Shown here: positions 19,458 through 28,682 of the stretch, piece after piece
How positions within the stretch are numbered: the first letter of the stretch is position 1
Layout: each line of letters starts with the position of its first letter
From: Bacteriovoracaceae bacterium
Lineage (GTDB): Bacteria; Bdellovibrionota; Bacteriovoracia; Bacteriovoracales; Bacteriovoracaceae
DNA length: 34,796 nucleotides
NCBI GenBank assembly: GCA_018649885.1
Contig: JABIHA010000122.1
Location: 62,001 to 96,796 of the forward strand
Direction: 5' to 3'
The notes under the pieces: model-generated
What the model saw: the letters and a program-made list of their open reading frames with translations, nothing else
Told to the model about the DNA's origin: nothing
Database searches by the model: none
Made by a program: the position numbers and the translations under genes

Positions 19458-20012
19458 ATGCGCTTATTAACAGCGATGATGGTTCTTGCACTAGCTGGAT
19501 CAGTCCAAGCAAAATCACTTAAAAAAGCAAATTTCAATGACAATGTTCAAATCTCTGGAAAGACTTTGACTCTCAATGGCCTTGGTTTAAGGCTAGCTAC
19601 TATTTTTGACATCAATGTTTATGTCGGCAGTCTCTACCTTGAGAAAAAAGAACAAGATGCCACTAAGATCCTCGATTCAAAAGGACCTAAGCTTATTGAG
19701 TTGGCATTTTTAAGAGGCGTTTCAGGCAAAAAACTTCAAGGCGCCTGGAGTGATTGTTTCGAAAACAATGCTGCAAACCCACAAACCTTTAAAGGACAAC
19801 TTGCTCAGCTTAATAGCTCAATGAAAGAAGTTAAAAATGGTGACAGAGTAAGATTTGAATTCGTACCAGCGAATGTTACAGTTAAAATAAATGATATTGT
19901 TACTGGAACAGTGGAAAAGGGCGGAGCAGGTTTTCAAAAAGTTCTTCTCTCTTGTTGGATTGGCCCAAAGCCACCAAATAAGGAATTGAAGTCAGGGATG
20001 TTAGGACTTTAA
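19458..20012 (+). CDS. Secreted chalcone isomerase-like (lipid-binding fold) protein
   Basis: LTLNGLGLR..INVYVGSLYL, LLSCWIGPKPP..LKSGMLG; start reassigned to ATG 19458 after AGGAG. Confidence 0.85.
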   Translation: MRLLTAMMVLALAGSVQAKSLKKANFNDNVQISGKTLTLNGLGLRLATIFDINVYVGSLYLEKKEQDATKILDSKGPKLIELAFLRGVSGKKLQGAWSDCFENNAANPQTFKGQLAQLNSSMKEVKNGDRVRFEFVPANVTVKINDIVTGTVEKGGAGFQKVLLSCWIGPKPPNKELKSGMLGL

Positions 20013-20050
20013 TAAAAAAGCATACCAGTTATAGATAATGGATTAGCTAA

Positions 20051-21550
20051 TTGATTAATGGACTAATAAAACTATTTAATATTAAAGACGACGAGAATTT
20101 TTTCAAAAGAGTTCTCGTCATTTCTTTTTTCTTCCACTTACTTGCAAGTTATTTCTCAAAGGGATTCCATCACTTTGATGAACACTTCCAAATCCTTGAA
20201 TTTATAAATTACAAAATGGGAGCTATCACCTCGGCTGATCTTCCATGGGAATTCCGCTACCAAATAAGAGACTGGATAGCCATATTCATGTTCTATCCAT
20301 TTGCAAAGCTATTTGCCCTGACTGGGCTTGATGGTCCTTTTACCCAGGCCTTTATTTACCGCTTTCTATCTATGATACTAGCGTTTCTGGGAACAAATTA
20401 TTTTATCCTCAAATCAAAAGTTTGGTTTAAGGACAATATCAATTGGAAATTCAGCGCCATTGCCATGAACCTGGCCTGGTTTGCCCCTTATATCCACGCC
20501 AGAACATCCTCAGAAAATCATTCTCTGGCCTTTATGCTGGCAGGGCTTGGAGTCTACCTGGCTCATAAAAATATTAAAGGACTCCTTCTTTCTGGCATCC
20601 TTATCGGCTTCTCTTTTTGGTTTCGCTACCAAATTGGCATGGGCATATTATTTTTTGTGTTATGGGTATTCATTATAGATAGACCAGGAATGAAAAATAT
20701 CTTTGCCCTGGGGCTCGGTGGCCTCGCTGCTTTTGTTATAGGAGTTGGTATAGACTATTGGGGTTACGGCGAGCTTGTCTTCACATTTTACAAGTACTTT
20801 GTAGATGGTGTCATTAACGACAAGGCCTCCTATTTTGGAGTAACCCCGTACTGGGACTATTTAAGACTCCTATTTAATCGAGGAATACCTCCCCTAAGCC
20901 TGACACTGATGCTCACAACAATTTATTTCTGGTATAAAAATCCAAAACACATGCTGAGCTGGATACTACTTCCCTTTTTTATCCTTCATAGCATTGTTCC
21001 TCACAAAGAATTGCGTTTTCTATTTTTCCTGATTGCTCTGTCTCCAATGATGCTGGCCTTAGGCTTTGAGAGCATTCCAGGTGGGATTAGATCATTCTAT
21101 CAGCGCTACCTTGCGAGCAAATGGATCAAAATTGCCACAAATATACTCGTTTTCATGAATATCGTGTTGCTTTTAGCGGTTTGCTTTCGGTCGGCCAATC
21201 GGGCCATGGGCTTCTATGAGTTTCTGTATTACCACGATGAAGTCCCTCAAAAAATTTATAGCCTAGGGGGAGACCCTCAAAAACTAGTCACGCTCTACCC
21301 AAAATTCTATTTAAAAAATATAAGAAATTTCACAGCTATTTCGGACACCACAGCAGTAACAGCTATTGAAGATCAAGAATTTTGGATTTTTACTAATCGT
21401 GGCCACCAGCTCAAAAGCTTAATCAAAGACCATCATTGTGAAATTAAATTTTCCAATTATCCACTTTTTCTCCTGGAATTTAATATTGGTGGCTGGATGA
21501 ATCGCTCTCGGGTGTGGGCTTTATCAAAATGTAATAGCTCTATGGAATAA
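20051..21550 (+). CDS. GT-C fold glycosyltransferase, Alg9/PIG-B-like mannosyltransferase (GT22)
   Basis: HHFDEHFQILE, PWEF..IR, RTSSE, PHKELRFLF motifs; many TM helices. Confidence 0.8.
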   Translation: MINGLIKLFNIKDDENFFKRVLVISFFFHLLASYFSKGFHHFDEHFQILEFINYKMGAITSADLPWEFRYQIRDWIAIFMFYPFAKLFALTGLDGPFTQAFIYRFLSMILAFLGTNYFILKSKVWFKDNINWKFSAIAMNLAWFAPYIHARTSSENHSLAFMLAGLGVYLAHKNIKGLLLSGILIGFSFWFRYQIGMGILFFVLWVFIIDRPGMKNIFALGLGGLAAFVIGVGIDYWGYGELVFTFYKYFVDGVINDKASYFGVTPYWDYLRLLFNRGIPPLSLTLMLTTIYFWYKNPKHMLSWILLPFFILHSIVPHKELRFLFFLIALSPMMLALGFESIPGGIRSFYQRYLASKWIKIATNILVFMNIVLLLAVCFRSANRAMGFYEFLYYHDEVPQKIYSLGGDPQKLVTLYPKFYLKNIRNFTAISDTTAVTAIEDQEFWIFTNRGHQLKSLIKDHHCEIKFSNYPLFLLEFNIGGWMNRSRVWALSKCNSSME

Positions 21551-22544
21551 AACTTTTCACAGTCTCTATTGTCTCTTCTAATATTTTTTTATGCTCTTCA
21601 CTTGCTGGAGTGTACTCTGATAAGTAGGACAGAACTTTTTGAGGTCGATAAATTAGTTGTCCGAGTCTAATTAAGTGGGTTCTTTGTCTCACAAGGGACT
21701 CAAACTTCAGCCCATCTAGAAGATATTGATGGTATATTTTCAAAAAATGGTTTTCAAATTCAACTAATCCCAGTGCATATTCTCTCACCATTTCGAGTCC
21801 AAATTGATCCTGAGGTATTTCATAATTCCACAATTTTCTTAAATCACGATGAAGGCCCTCAATAAAACTGCTCCATTCATCACCCACAAATTCGTTGTAC
21901 ATTTGTGGACATTCTTGTTTTGTAGGAACAATATTTTTAGAGCTGAGTGCCACAAGTGTACTGGCCATCCAACCACCAAGAACTACAATTTCTTTTGTAC
22001 AAGGAGCAAGTACACCACCAGCAAACTTCATCTCCCTTTCATCAAATCCAAGGAGTGGCATCTTTGGATCAGGAGGGGAAATGGGAATTTGTAGAGTCTC
22101 CATCCCCTCTCGGTTTCTTCTACAAAGTTGGAAGCAGCCATGCAGAGAATTGTATATATAACCCTCGATATCTGGCTCTTCAATTTGCTCACTTAAGTCC
22201 TCCCCCCAAACATGAAGGAAATTTTCTTTAAATTTTACAATTCCTTTTTTCTTAACGTCTTTTATATCTCGGGGAATAAGATCAAGGGGAGGAAAAGACA
22301 TTTCAAAAAGAGCATCGTCAATATCATCAAAGAGCTCTTCCTCTTTTTTGGTCATAGGTCTTTTGAGAAAAAGGTAAAGGTCCACATCACTTGAAGGCAC
22401 TTCGTATGAAAGAGCATAGCTGCCAGAGACATAGGAGGATAGAAGGATATCTCCAAATACTGCTCTAAAGAGAATCAAACCACCTTTTATTGTACTATCA
22501 GCAGCTGAATTACCTGTGGAATTTAAAATCTCTACATTTTCCAT
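21540..22544 (-). CDS. Pol-beta superfamily nucleotidyltransferase domain protein
   Basis: YVSGSYA...SSDVDL motif plus a later LDL strand; helical C-terminal domain. Confidence 0.75.
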   Translation of the reverse strand: MENVEILNSTGNSAADSTIKGGLILFRAVFGDILLSSYVSGSYALSYEVPSSDVDLYLFLKRPMTKKEEELFDDIDDALFEMSFPPLDLIPRDIKDVKKKGIVKFKENFLHVWGEDLSEQIEEPDIEGYIYNSLHGCFQLCRRNREGMETLQIPISPPDPKMPLLGFDEREMKFAGGVLAPCTKEIVVLGGWMASTLVALSSKNIVPTKQECPQMYNEFVGDEWSSFIEGLHRDLRKLWNYEIPQDQFGLEMVREYALGLVEFENHFLKIYHQYLLDGLKFESLVRQRTHLIRLGQLIYRPQKVLSYLSEYTPASEEHKKILEETIETVKSFIP

Positions 22545-22549
22545 AAAAT

Positions 22550-22578
22550 AAAAAAAGGAGAAAGCACCGCTTTCTCCT
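22550..22578 (-). terminator. Intrinsic terminator of the PLD gene
   Basis: AGGAGAAAGC-ggt-GCTTTCTCCT perfect 10-bp stem followed by a U-tract on the minus strand. Confidence 0.8.
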
Positions 22579-22604
22579 ATCCAATTTAATAAATATATTT
22601 AATC

Positions 22605-24233
22605 TTAATGACCAATTGAGCTTAACTGCTTATCTTTATTTTTATAGATAGGGTGTCTATCTTGTCTTGTCGCTCTACCTTGTAGAACTTCCCAGCCTGC
22701 TTTATAGGCCTTCACAATAGCAGGAATAGTGATGTAGTAAAACTGCTCGTAATTACCAGAACCATTTACATTTAATGCTGTTCCTGTAAAGTTACCAGCA
22801 CCTTGAAAAAGCGACTTACCATCAGCAACGATAAATTTGTTGTGAAAAAGGTGAGTAGTGGTTTCTGCGTTAGTTTGCATAAAATAAATCTGAGCGTCTC
22901 TTCTCAAAGTTCTATATGCTAGAACATCATGACGGCCAACATCGTGAGCATGACCACCATTAACTTTACTTGATCTAAGGGTATCGTCATCAAAAATGAT
23001 TTTAACATCCACTCCTCTGTAAGCCGCATCTCTAAAAAGTGTTCTGTAGATTTTCCCAGTAGTTAATCTGTGAATGGCCACAAGCACTTCTGAGTCAGCA
23101 TTGTTAATCATATTTGTCATGGCAGTGTATGGCTTAGCAATTCTTGAGCTAGGGACTGCATAGAATTCAATGTCTTTTCTTTTGGGCGCTTTAATTTTCT
23201 TTATACATTCTCTATAAGCTTTTGCGAAAACTCTTCGATCATTTTTTTCCGTAAAAGCTCTGAATACACAAACATTTTGTTGTGCAATGCTAGCACTTGC
23301 ATCTGAACCAAAAAATAACCAGTTTTCAAAGTGAAGAGTTGTTCCATATGAAGACATATTGGCAGATGAAGAAGTCCATCTAAGTTTTGTTCCTGAAATC
23401 TCTTTTAATTCAGCAGCATTCATTTCATGTAGAGGCTTTAAGTTTGCTACTTCTGAGGCCATAAAGATTTTAGAGTGCTGTAAGTGAGCTCCCGAAGATC
23501 CAAATGGACCCTTTCCTTTAGCTATAACTGTAGTATTTTTTGAACACTCATCTAATGCTCTAACATTTGCGTGATACTCATTACCTGAATCGATATAAAC
23601 TGTTACTTTTAAATTTCTAGCCTCGTCTTTAGCAGCAGTACAAAGTGCTTTACGAACACCTTTATTAGAAAATGAAAAATATGAAAGATAGACGGATTTT
23701 ACTTTTGGATCTTTAATCCAAGATTTTAGCTTTGCTTCAACTCCATTTTTCTTAGAAGCTCTATTGGCATCAGTCACCTCACACCATGCATCCTTAGCTT
23801 CGCCTTCATGATCACAATTAGGAAGGTTAAATCGAACTTCCCAATCTAGACCCTTAGAGTTTCCTGAAGCAAAAGGAGCAGAAAACTTAGGTGCCACTGC
23901 AACTGGCTTTTCTTCAGCATCTTGAGCTAAATCTGAATCTTCATTAGAATCTTCAATGGCCGCTGCTGGAGCTTCGATACCTTCTACGGCAGGAGCATCT
24001 TCAGCATCTGCTGTGGCATCAGCTTCAATTGAAGTAGCAGGCGCATCTTCAATGCTCGCCTCTTCGGCTTCGGCTTCGGCGGCATCAGCAGGTTCTTCAA
24101 TCACTGTTGCAGGTGCCTCTTCAGCAACAACATCACCAGATGCTGGCTGCACCGTCTCATCTGCATAAATATTGGTGGTAATAATAGAAGCTGTAAGCAA
24201 AGTTAAAAGCATAAACTTAAAAGGGCTTTTCAT
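22605..24233 (-). CDS. Secreted phospholipase D/nuclease family protein with acidic Ala/Glu-rich N-terminal linker
   Basis: HSKIFMAS...SSANMS and HNKFIVAD...GAGNFT motifs; start reassigned to ATG 24233 (MKSPFKF) after GGAG, giving a signal peptide. Confidence 0.85.
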   Translation of the reverse strand: MKSPFKFMLLTLLTASIITTNIYADETVQPASGDVVAEEAPATVIEEPADAAEAEAEEASIEDAPATSIEADATADAEDAPAVEGIEAPAAAIEDSNEDSDLAQDAEEKPVAVAPKFSAPFASGNSKGLDWEVRFNLPNCDHEGEAKDAWCEVTDANRASKKNGVEAKLKSWIKDPKVKSVYLSYFSFSNKGVRKALCTAAKDEARNLKVTVYIDSGNEYHANVRALDECSKNTTVIAKGKGPFGSSGAHLQHSKIFMASEVANLKPLHEMNAAELKEISGTKLRWTSSSANMSSYGTTLHFENWLFFGSDASASIAQQNVCVFRAFTEKNDRRVFAKAYRECIKKIKAPKRKDIEFYAVPSSRIAKPYTAMTNMINNADSEVLVAIHRLTTGKIYRTLFRDAAYRGVDVKIIFDDDTLRSSKVNGGHAHDVGRHDVLAYRTLRRDAQIYFMQTNAETTTHLFHNKFIVADGKSLFQGAGNFTGTALNVNGSGNYEQFYYITIPAIVKAYKAGWEVLQGRATRQDRHPIYKNKDKQLSSIGH

Positions 24234-24392
24234 GTGGTCTCCCGTCCAAATGATATGATAATCAATCATTAAAAATTCTTTATACAGCGATGTGTTATCA
24301 GATAAAGCCTTGTGTGTAATCAGGGCCTGTACATTTTTCAATTTCGCTATCCTGGCAACAACCCATCGCGTCAATTATTTTTTTCTATTAAG

Positions 24393-24405
24393 AATCAAAG
24401 AGTTG
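24393..24405 (+). promoter_or_regulatory. IHF-consensus site between the divergent PLD genes
   Basis: AATCAA-AGAG-TTG matches WATCAANNNNTTR and is preceded by a T-rich tract. Confidence 0.45.
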
Positions 24406-24429
24406 CTCCATCAAAACTGACTGGATTCG

Positions 24430-24458
24430 TTGACGCTCTGACTGCGTAAAAGTATTCT
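24430..24458 (+). promoter_or_regulatory. Sigma70-type promoter for the + strand PLD gene
   Basis: TTGACG-17 nt-TATTCT. Confidence 0.6.
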
Positions 24459-24480
24459 TAATGGACCAACTTCTCAAGGA

Positions 24481-25878
24481 TTGAGTATGGCCATCACGGA
24501 CCGGTGGATTTTTTTAGCACTTCTAGTATTGTCAGTTTCAGCAAGCGCCGGAAAGGTGCAGGGATTTCCCAAATCTCTCTATATAGATGCCTATTTTAAT
24601 CATCAAGGTACAAATAGATATACTGAGCCTTACAGAAAAATAACCAGAAACGGTGATAATTTTGAAGAAATTATCGCTAGCAGAATTAATAAGGCCAAAA
24701 AGAAGGTTTGGCTCGCTGTTCAGGAGTTTCGTCTTCCCGGAATTGCAAACTCACTTATCGCTGCAAAAAGTAGAGGTGTTGAGATCAAGGTTGTTATTGA
24801 AAATAGCTACCATAATATCTTTAGTGACCTAACTGCAAGAGAAGTATCAAGCCTAAGTGTTTACCAACTACAAAGATATTTAGATTTTGTTAAAATTAGC
24901 GACATAAATTTAGATGGTGTCTCGACTCTTGCAGAGAAAAGAAAAAGTGATGCCATCTATATATTAGAAAATGCTGGCATTAAAATTATTGATGATACTT
25001 TTGATGGTTCAAAGGGCTCGGGTCTAATGCACCATAAATTTGTTGTCATTGATGATGATACAACTATCGTGACCTCAGCAAATTTTACCCAAAGTGATTT
25101 TTTTGGAGACTTCTCTCAAATTGTCAGTAGAGGAAACCCCAACTCTCTAGTAATTTTGAATTCTCCCGACATTAATCAATTTTTTAGTGGTGAATACCAA
25201 GTAATGTGGGGAAATGGTCGCATTGGTGGTTCAAAATTTGGTGTAGATAAACCACACCTCGGAATACCCACCTACTTTTTTCCTAGCGGAGAGAGTGTCA
25301 CTATTTCATTTTCTCCTACCGGTAAAAAAATACCATACGAAAAATCAAGTAATGGCCTTATCAAGAGAACGCTCGAGAGGGCCCGTAAGTCCATTTTCTT
25401 TAATCTTTTCGTGTTTAGTGAGCAAGCTATTGCAAATAGCATGAAAGACAAATTTAGCCTCGGGGTTGATGTACAAGGTGTAATAGAGAAAAACTTTGCC
25501 TACAGAAGCTATAGCGAGCTACTAGATATGCTGGGTGTGAATATGCCTTCAGGAAGGTGTAAAGTAAGTAGGGACAACAATCCATGGAAGAGTACCGCCA
25601 AAAAAGTTGGGGCCAGTAATCTTCCTAGCGGTGATAGACTCCACCATAAGCTAGCGGTAGTTGATGAGAGGCTCATTATAGTGGGTTCACACAATTGGTC
25701 CACTTCTGCCAATCAAAACAATGATGAAACTCTTCTTGTTATAGAAAGCAAACTATTAGGACCAAGGTTTCAAAGTGAGGCCCTAAGCCATATTAATAGA
25801 GGCACATTAGGCCTTACTTCAACAATTTCTAAAAAGATAAGTGACCGAAAACAAAAATGTCGCGGGAAATTTTTATAG
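24481..25878 (+). CDS. Secreted PLD-family (two HKD) nuclease resembling cyanobacterial competence protein ComA, without the HhH tail
   Basis: HHKFVVID..TSANFT and HHKLAVVD..GSHNWS; N-terminal YFNH..YTEPYR..RNGDNFEE and AVQEFRLP; EF-hand-like DINLDG. Confidence 0.85.
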   Translation: MSMAITDRWIFLALLVLSVSASAGKVQGFPKSLYIDAYFNHQGTNRYTEPYRKITRNGDNFEEIIASRINKAKKKVWLAVQEFRLPGIANSLIAAKSRGVEIKVVIENSYHNIFSDLTAREVSSLSVYQLQRYLDFVKISDINLDGVSTLAEKRKSDAIYILENAGIKIIDDTFDGSKGSGLMHHKFVVIDDDTTIVTSANFTQSDFFGDFSQIVSRGNPNSLVILNSPDINQFFSGEYQVMWGNGRIGGSKFGVDKPHLGIPTYFFPSGESVTISFSPTGKKIPYEKSSNGLIKRTLERARKSIFFNLFVFSEQAIANSMKDKFSLGVDVQGVIEKNFAYRSYSELLDMLGVNMPSGRCKVSRDNNPWKSTAKKVGASNLPSGDRLHHKLAVVDERLIIVGSHNWSTSANQNNDETLLVIESKLLGPRFQSEALSHINRGTLGLTSTISKKISDRKQKCRGKFL

Positions 25879-25958
25879 TCTTTTGGTTTTTTTTTCACTT
25901 TGCCATTGCCAATTGATTTCAATTTTGGAATTCTTCACCTCAGTTGGGAGACATTTAT

Positions 25959-26933
25959 ATGAAATTGATTATGGTATGGGCCTTGGCCTTAGGATATTGC
26001 TTTAATATTTCAGCAGAAGAAACTGTGGAAATTGAAATTAAAGAACAAGACGAATCTAAAATCGTTAAAGTTGTTGTTGAGAAAAAAGCTATTGAAATTG
26101 ATATAGATATAGAAGCCGGAGCTGAAGCCGGAGCCGGTGTCCTTATAGAAACAGAAGAAGTTGTGGAAATAGAAGAAGTTGTGGAAACAGAAGAAGCTGT
26201 GGAAACAGAAGAAGCTGTGGAAACAGAAGAAGCTGTGGAAACAGAAGAAGTTGTGGAAACAGAAGAAGCTGTGGAAACAGAAGAAGTTGTGGAGACAGAA
26301 GAAATTGTGGAAATAGAACCACAAGCTGGTACTAAAAAATATGGGTACAAAGACCTTGTACTAAGACTTGGTGGTAAAATTCTTTCTGAAGATGATTATG
26401 AAAGAACAATTGAAGGGTTGCAAAACTATCTTGAAGATATGGGTGTAAAACATTTTGATGCTGAAGAAGTGGCCTTGCCAAAAAATGCGGCCAAAGCAAA
26501 AAAATGCGGTATCACTAATTTACTGCCGCCTAAAGGCCACTGGCTAAGAACTGCTGGTAACGCTCTTTTTGCAGATCTTATAAGAGATGAATTGGGAGAG
26601 GCCGTAACCATGGCCAACCACTATAGAAGCTCATGCTACAACTTAGCGGTTGGTGGTGTTAAAAACTCTGATCATACAAGATCACAGGCCATGGACCTAC
26701 ACTTCAAAAATAAACGCGCTAGAGAAAGGGCACAAAGCTTTTTATGCGAAGATTTCTGGATAGGCGATTATGTCTACTCCCCAGAGTACCAGTCTTCAAA
26801 GCTTGGCCTTGCTGTAGGGCTTGGAAATGCCATGATTCACGTAAGCCTCTTTTCCCCGCTTGGAGAAAGAAGATACTGGTTCTACGAGCAGTACAGCTAC
26901 AGCGCAAATGCCGGTCGCTGCTGGAAGAACTAA
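25959..26933 (+). CDS. Secreted peptidase M15A-family (D-Ala-D-Ala metallopeptidase) with acidic repeat stalk
   Basis: YRSSCYNLAVGG..NSDH-x6-D and MIHV zinc ligands; start ATG 25959 after GGAG; signal peptide. Confidence 0.85.
   Translation: MKLIMVWALALGYCFNISAEETVEIEIKEQDESKIVKVVVEKKAIEIDIDIEAGAEAGAGVLIETEEVVEIEEVVETEEAVETEEAVETEEAVETEEVVETEEAVETEEVVETEEIVEIEPQAGTKKYGYKDLVLRLGGKILSEDDYERTIEGLQNYLEDMGVKHFDAEEVALPKNAAKAKKCGITNLLPPKGHWLRTAGNALFADLIRDELGEAVTMANHYRSSCYNLAVGGVKNSDHTRSQAMDLHFKNKRARERAQSFLCEDFWIGDYVYSPEYQSSKLGLAVGLGNAMIHVSLFSPLGERRYWFYEQYSYSANAGRCWKN
26145..26318 (+). repeat. 18-bp coding tandem repeat, about 9.7 copies (VETEE[A/V])
   Basis: GTGGAAACAGAAGAAG(C/T)T units at 18-bp period. 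Confidence 0.95.
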
Positions 26934-27084
26934 CAAATTGACCACTATAATTGCCAGTCACTATGAAGCCCAAGTGGGCTTAAACTGGCCAATAGCCCCA
27001 AATTACGAAGAATAACAAGTAATCCTAAAATTCTAAAGCATACTTTATCTAAGCACGATTTGTTTAAAATTTGTTGCATGGAGA

Positions 27085-28236
27085 ATGCTCATGAAGAGGT
27101 TTACTAGGGAATCAAAAATACTCAGAAACCAAGCCGGATTTGGTTTAATCCAAGTCCTTATGGCAGCAGGCCTTTTGGGAATGATTGCCCTTGGTACCAT
27201 GCAAATGACCAAAAATATGAGTCGCCAAGCCAGCACAAATCAAAGCTATATGGAAACACATCATGTCACCAATACAATGAGAAATTGGCTCGCTAAAGAT
27301 GAGAAGTGCAAAGAGGCCTTTAAGCCCATTCTCTCAGGTGAATCAAATGAAATAACCTATCCTATAAGTTATCCATCACCCAGCATGAGTGTAAGTGCGC
27401 ACCAACTTGGAAGTATCACCATTGGGGCCAATTCATATCACAGCGGTGAAAAGTATGGAAAACTCTTGGTAGAGGACTATGAATTAACGCTTACAAGAAA
27501 TGGCACTGATGATTATGCTTCAGGAGTTTTAACTGTTGATTTTTCTTTTAAACCCGATGGCAAAACCAATGTTACAAAGAAAGTCACAATCGATAATATC
27601 TACTTCGCTCTACAAGACAACAAAATTACCACCTGCTCCGCTAGTGGTGATTCCGATGAGCACATCTGTGTAGATCTCTTAGGGGGAACTTTTACCGATG
27701 GAAGGTGCAAAGGAATATCGCTAGAAGGTACAACTACAAATAATAGTGTTGTTCAAGATGGTACTTTTAAAGTTCAGTCCCTTTATATTGAAGATGGTGG
27801 AAGCTATGGCAAGGTTACAGTGGCCTGCAAAGAAGTTTCTGTAAATTGCTCTCTTGAAAGAAAAATTAAAACTAAAGCTGCTAAAGTTGATATTGAAAAT
27901 GAAAGTGATCAAGTTATAGAGAGCTCTGACCAAGATGGCAAATCTATCACAATTGATTGTAGCGACTTTGGAGATGGATATGTTTACATGTCGGGAGGGT
28001 GTTCGTGTTACGCGGCCAGTGGAACTGCTGGCTCGAAAGCTAAAAATCACATGTGCAGGATCACTCGAAATAATAAACACGACAGCAAAGAATCCCAATA
28101 CTGCAAAGCCTACAATATGAACAACAATGTACTACGTACTGACAGTAAAGAAACAATGGTTTTAGAAGGCAAAGTCACTTGCATCAACGAAGAGGTTTGC
28201 GATAGCTCAGAAACCTTGTGCTTTTTAGTAAAATAG
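27085..28236 (+). CDS. Type IV pilin-like (minor pilin/pseudopilin) protein with Cys-rich C-terminus
   Basis: Basic leader then NQAG|FGLIQVLMAAGLLGMIALGTMQM class III signal. Confidence 0.75.
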   Translation: MLMKRFTRESKILRNQAGFGLIQVLMAAGLLGMIALGTMQMTKNMSRQASTNQSYMETHHVTNTMRNWLAKDEKCKEAFKPILSGESNEITYPISYPSPSMSVSAHQLGSITIGANSYHSGEKYGKLLVEDYELTLTRNGTDDYASGVLTVDFSFKPDGKTNVTKKVTIDNIYFALQDNKITTCSASGDSDEHICVDLLGGTFTDGRCKGISLEGTTTNNSVVQDGTFKVQSLYIEDGGSYGKVTVACKEVSVNCSLERKIKTKAAKVDIENESDQVIESSDQDGKSITIDCSDFGDGYVYMSGGCSCYAASGTAGSKAKNHMCRITRNNKHDSKESQYCKAYNMNNNVLRTDSKETMVLEGKVTCINEEVCDSSETLCFLVK

Positions 28237-28293
28237 TCCATGTGCTTCACACTTACTGCAAGTCAACTCCCAGTTGAGAAACTCATCGGGATA

Positions 28294-28572
28294 TTATTTT
28301 TTACATCCATCTTTTTTAAAATTTTTTGATAATCCGCACGCCAAATTGTTCATAGACCAATTTGGCTGAAAGATACTCTCAAAATGAACTCCCTTTTTTT
28401 CAACAACACAACCTCTATTGTAATCGTCATAGTTTACCCCAGTACACATTTGAGTCTTAAATAATTCTTCTAATGGACCATTCTAATTTGAAAACTGGTC
28501 TACTTGATTAGAGATATCTAGACCTAAAGAAGAAACGGTTTGCACTTTTAATATTGATTTTATCGACTTGTG
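28294..28572 (-). pseudogene. Possible degraded gene remnant
   Basis: About 92-codon frame with one internal TAG (28483-85): ...VQTVSSLGLDISNQVDQFSN*NGPLEELFKTQMCTGVNYDDYNRGCVVEKK...DGCKK*. Confidence 0.3.
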
Positions 28573-28682
28573 TTAAGGCACTATGCCAAAACACCCTTAT
28601 TATGCACCACAGCTATCGAAAATATCTCTAAAAAAATTGCTCTAAATCATCATATTCTTTTGTACAATAGCTGATACTCCAA

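Noticed and set aside
24353..24369. Sigma54 promoter (TGGCA...)
   Set aside because: GG-N10-GC spacing is not satisfied.
24234..24374. N-terminal extension of the PLD ORF
   Set aside because: RBS and signal peptide point to ATG 24233; the extension covers the likely promoter region.
26145..26318. Possible CRISPR array
   Set aside because: Contiguous 18-bp in-frame repeats without spacers; no cas genes.
25955..26350. Antisense ORFs 25955-26350 and 26010-26324
   Set aside because: Shadows of the stop-free tandem repeat.
26951..26992. Nested hairpin GCCAGT..AAGCCCA/TGGGCTT..ACTGGC
   Set aside because: Probably a simple 3' stem-loop; no U-tract or riboswitch motif to support a call.
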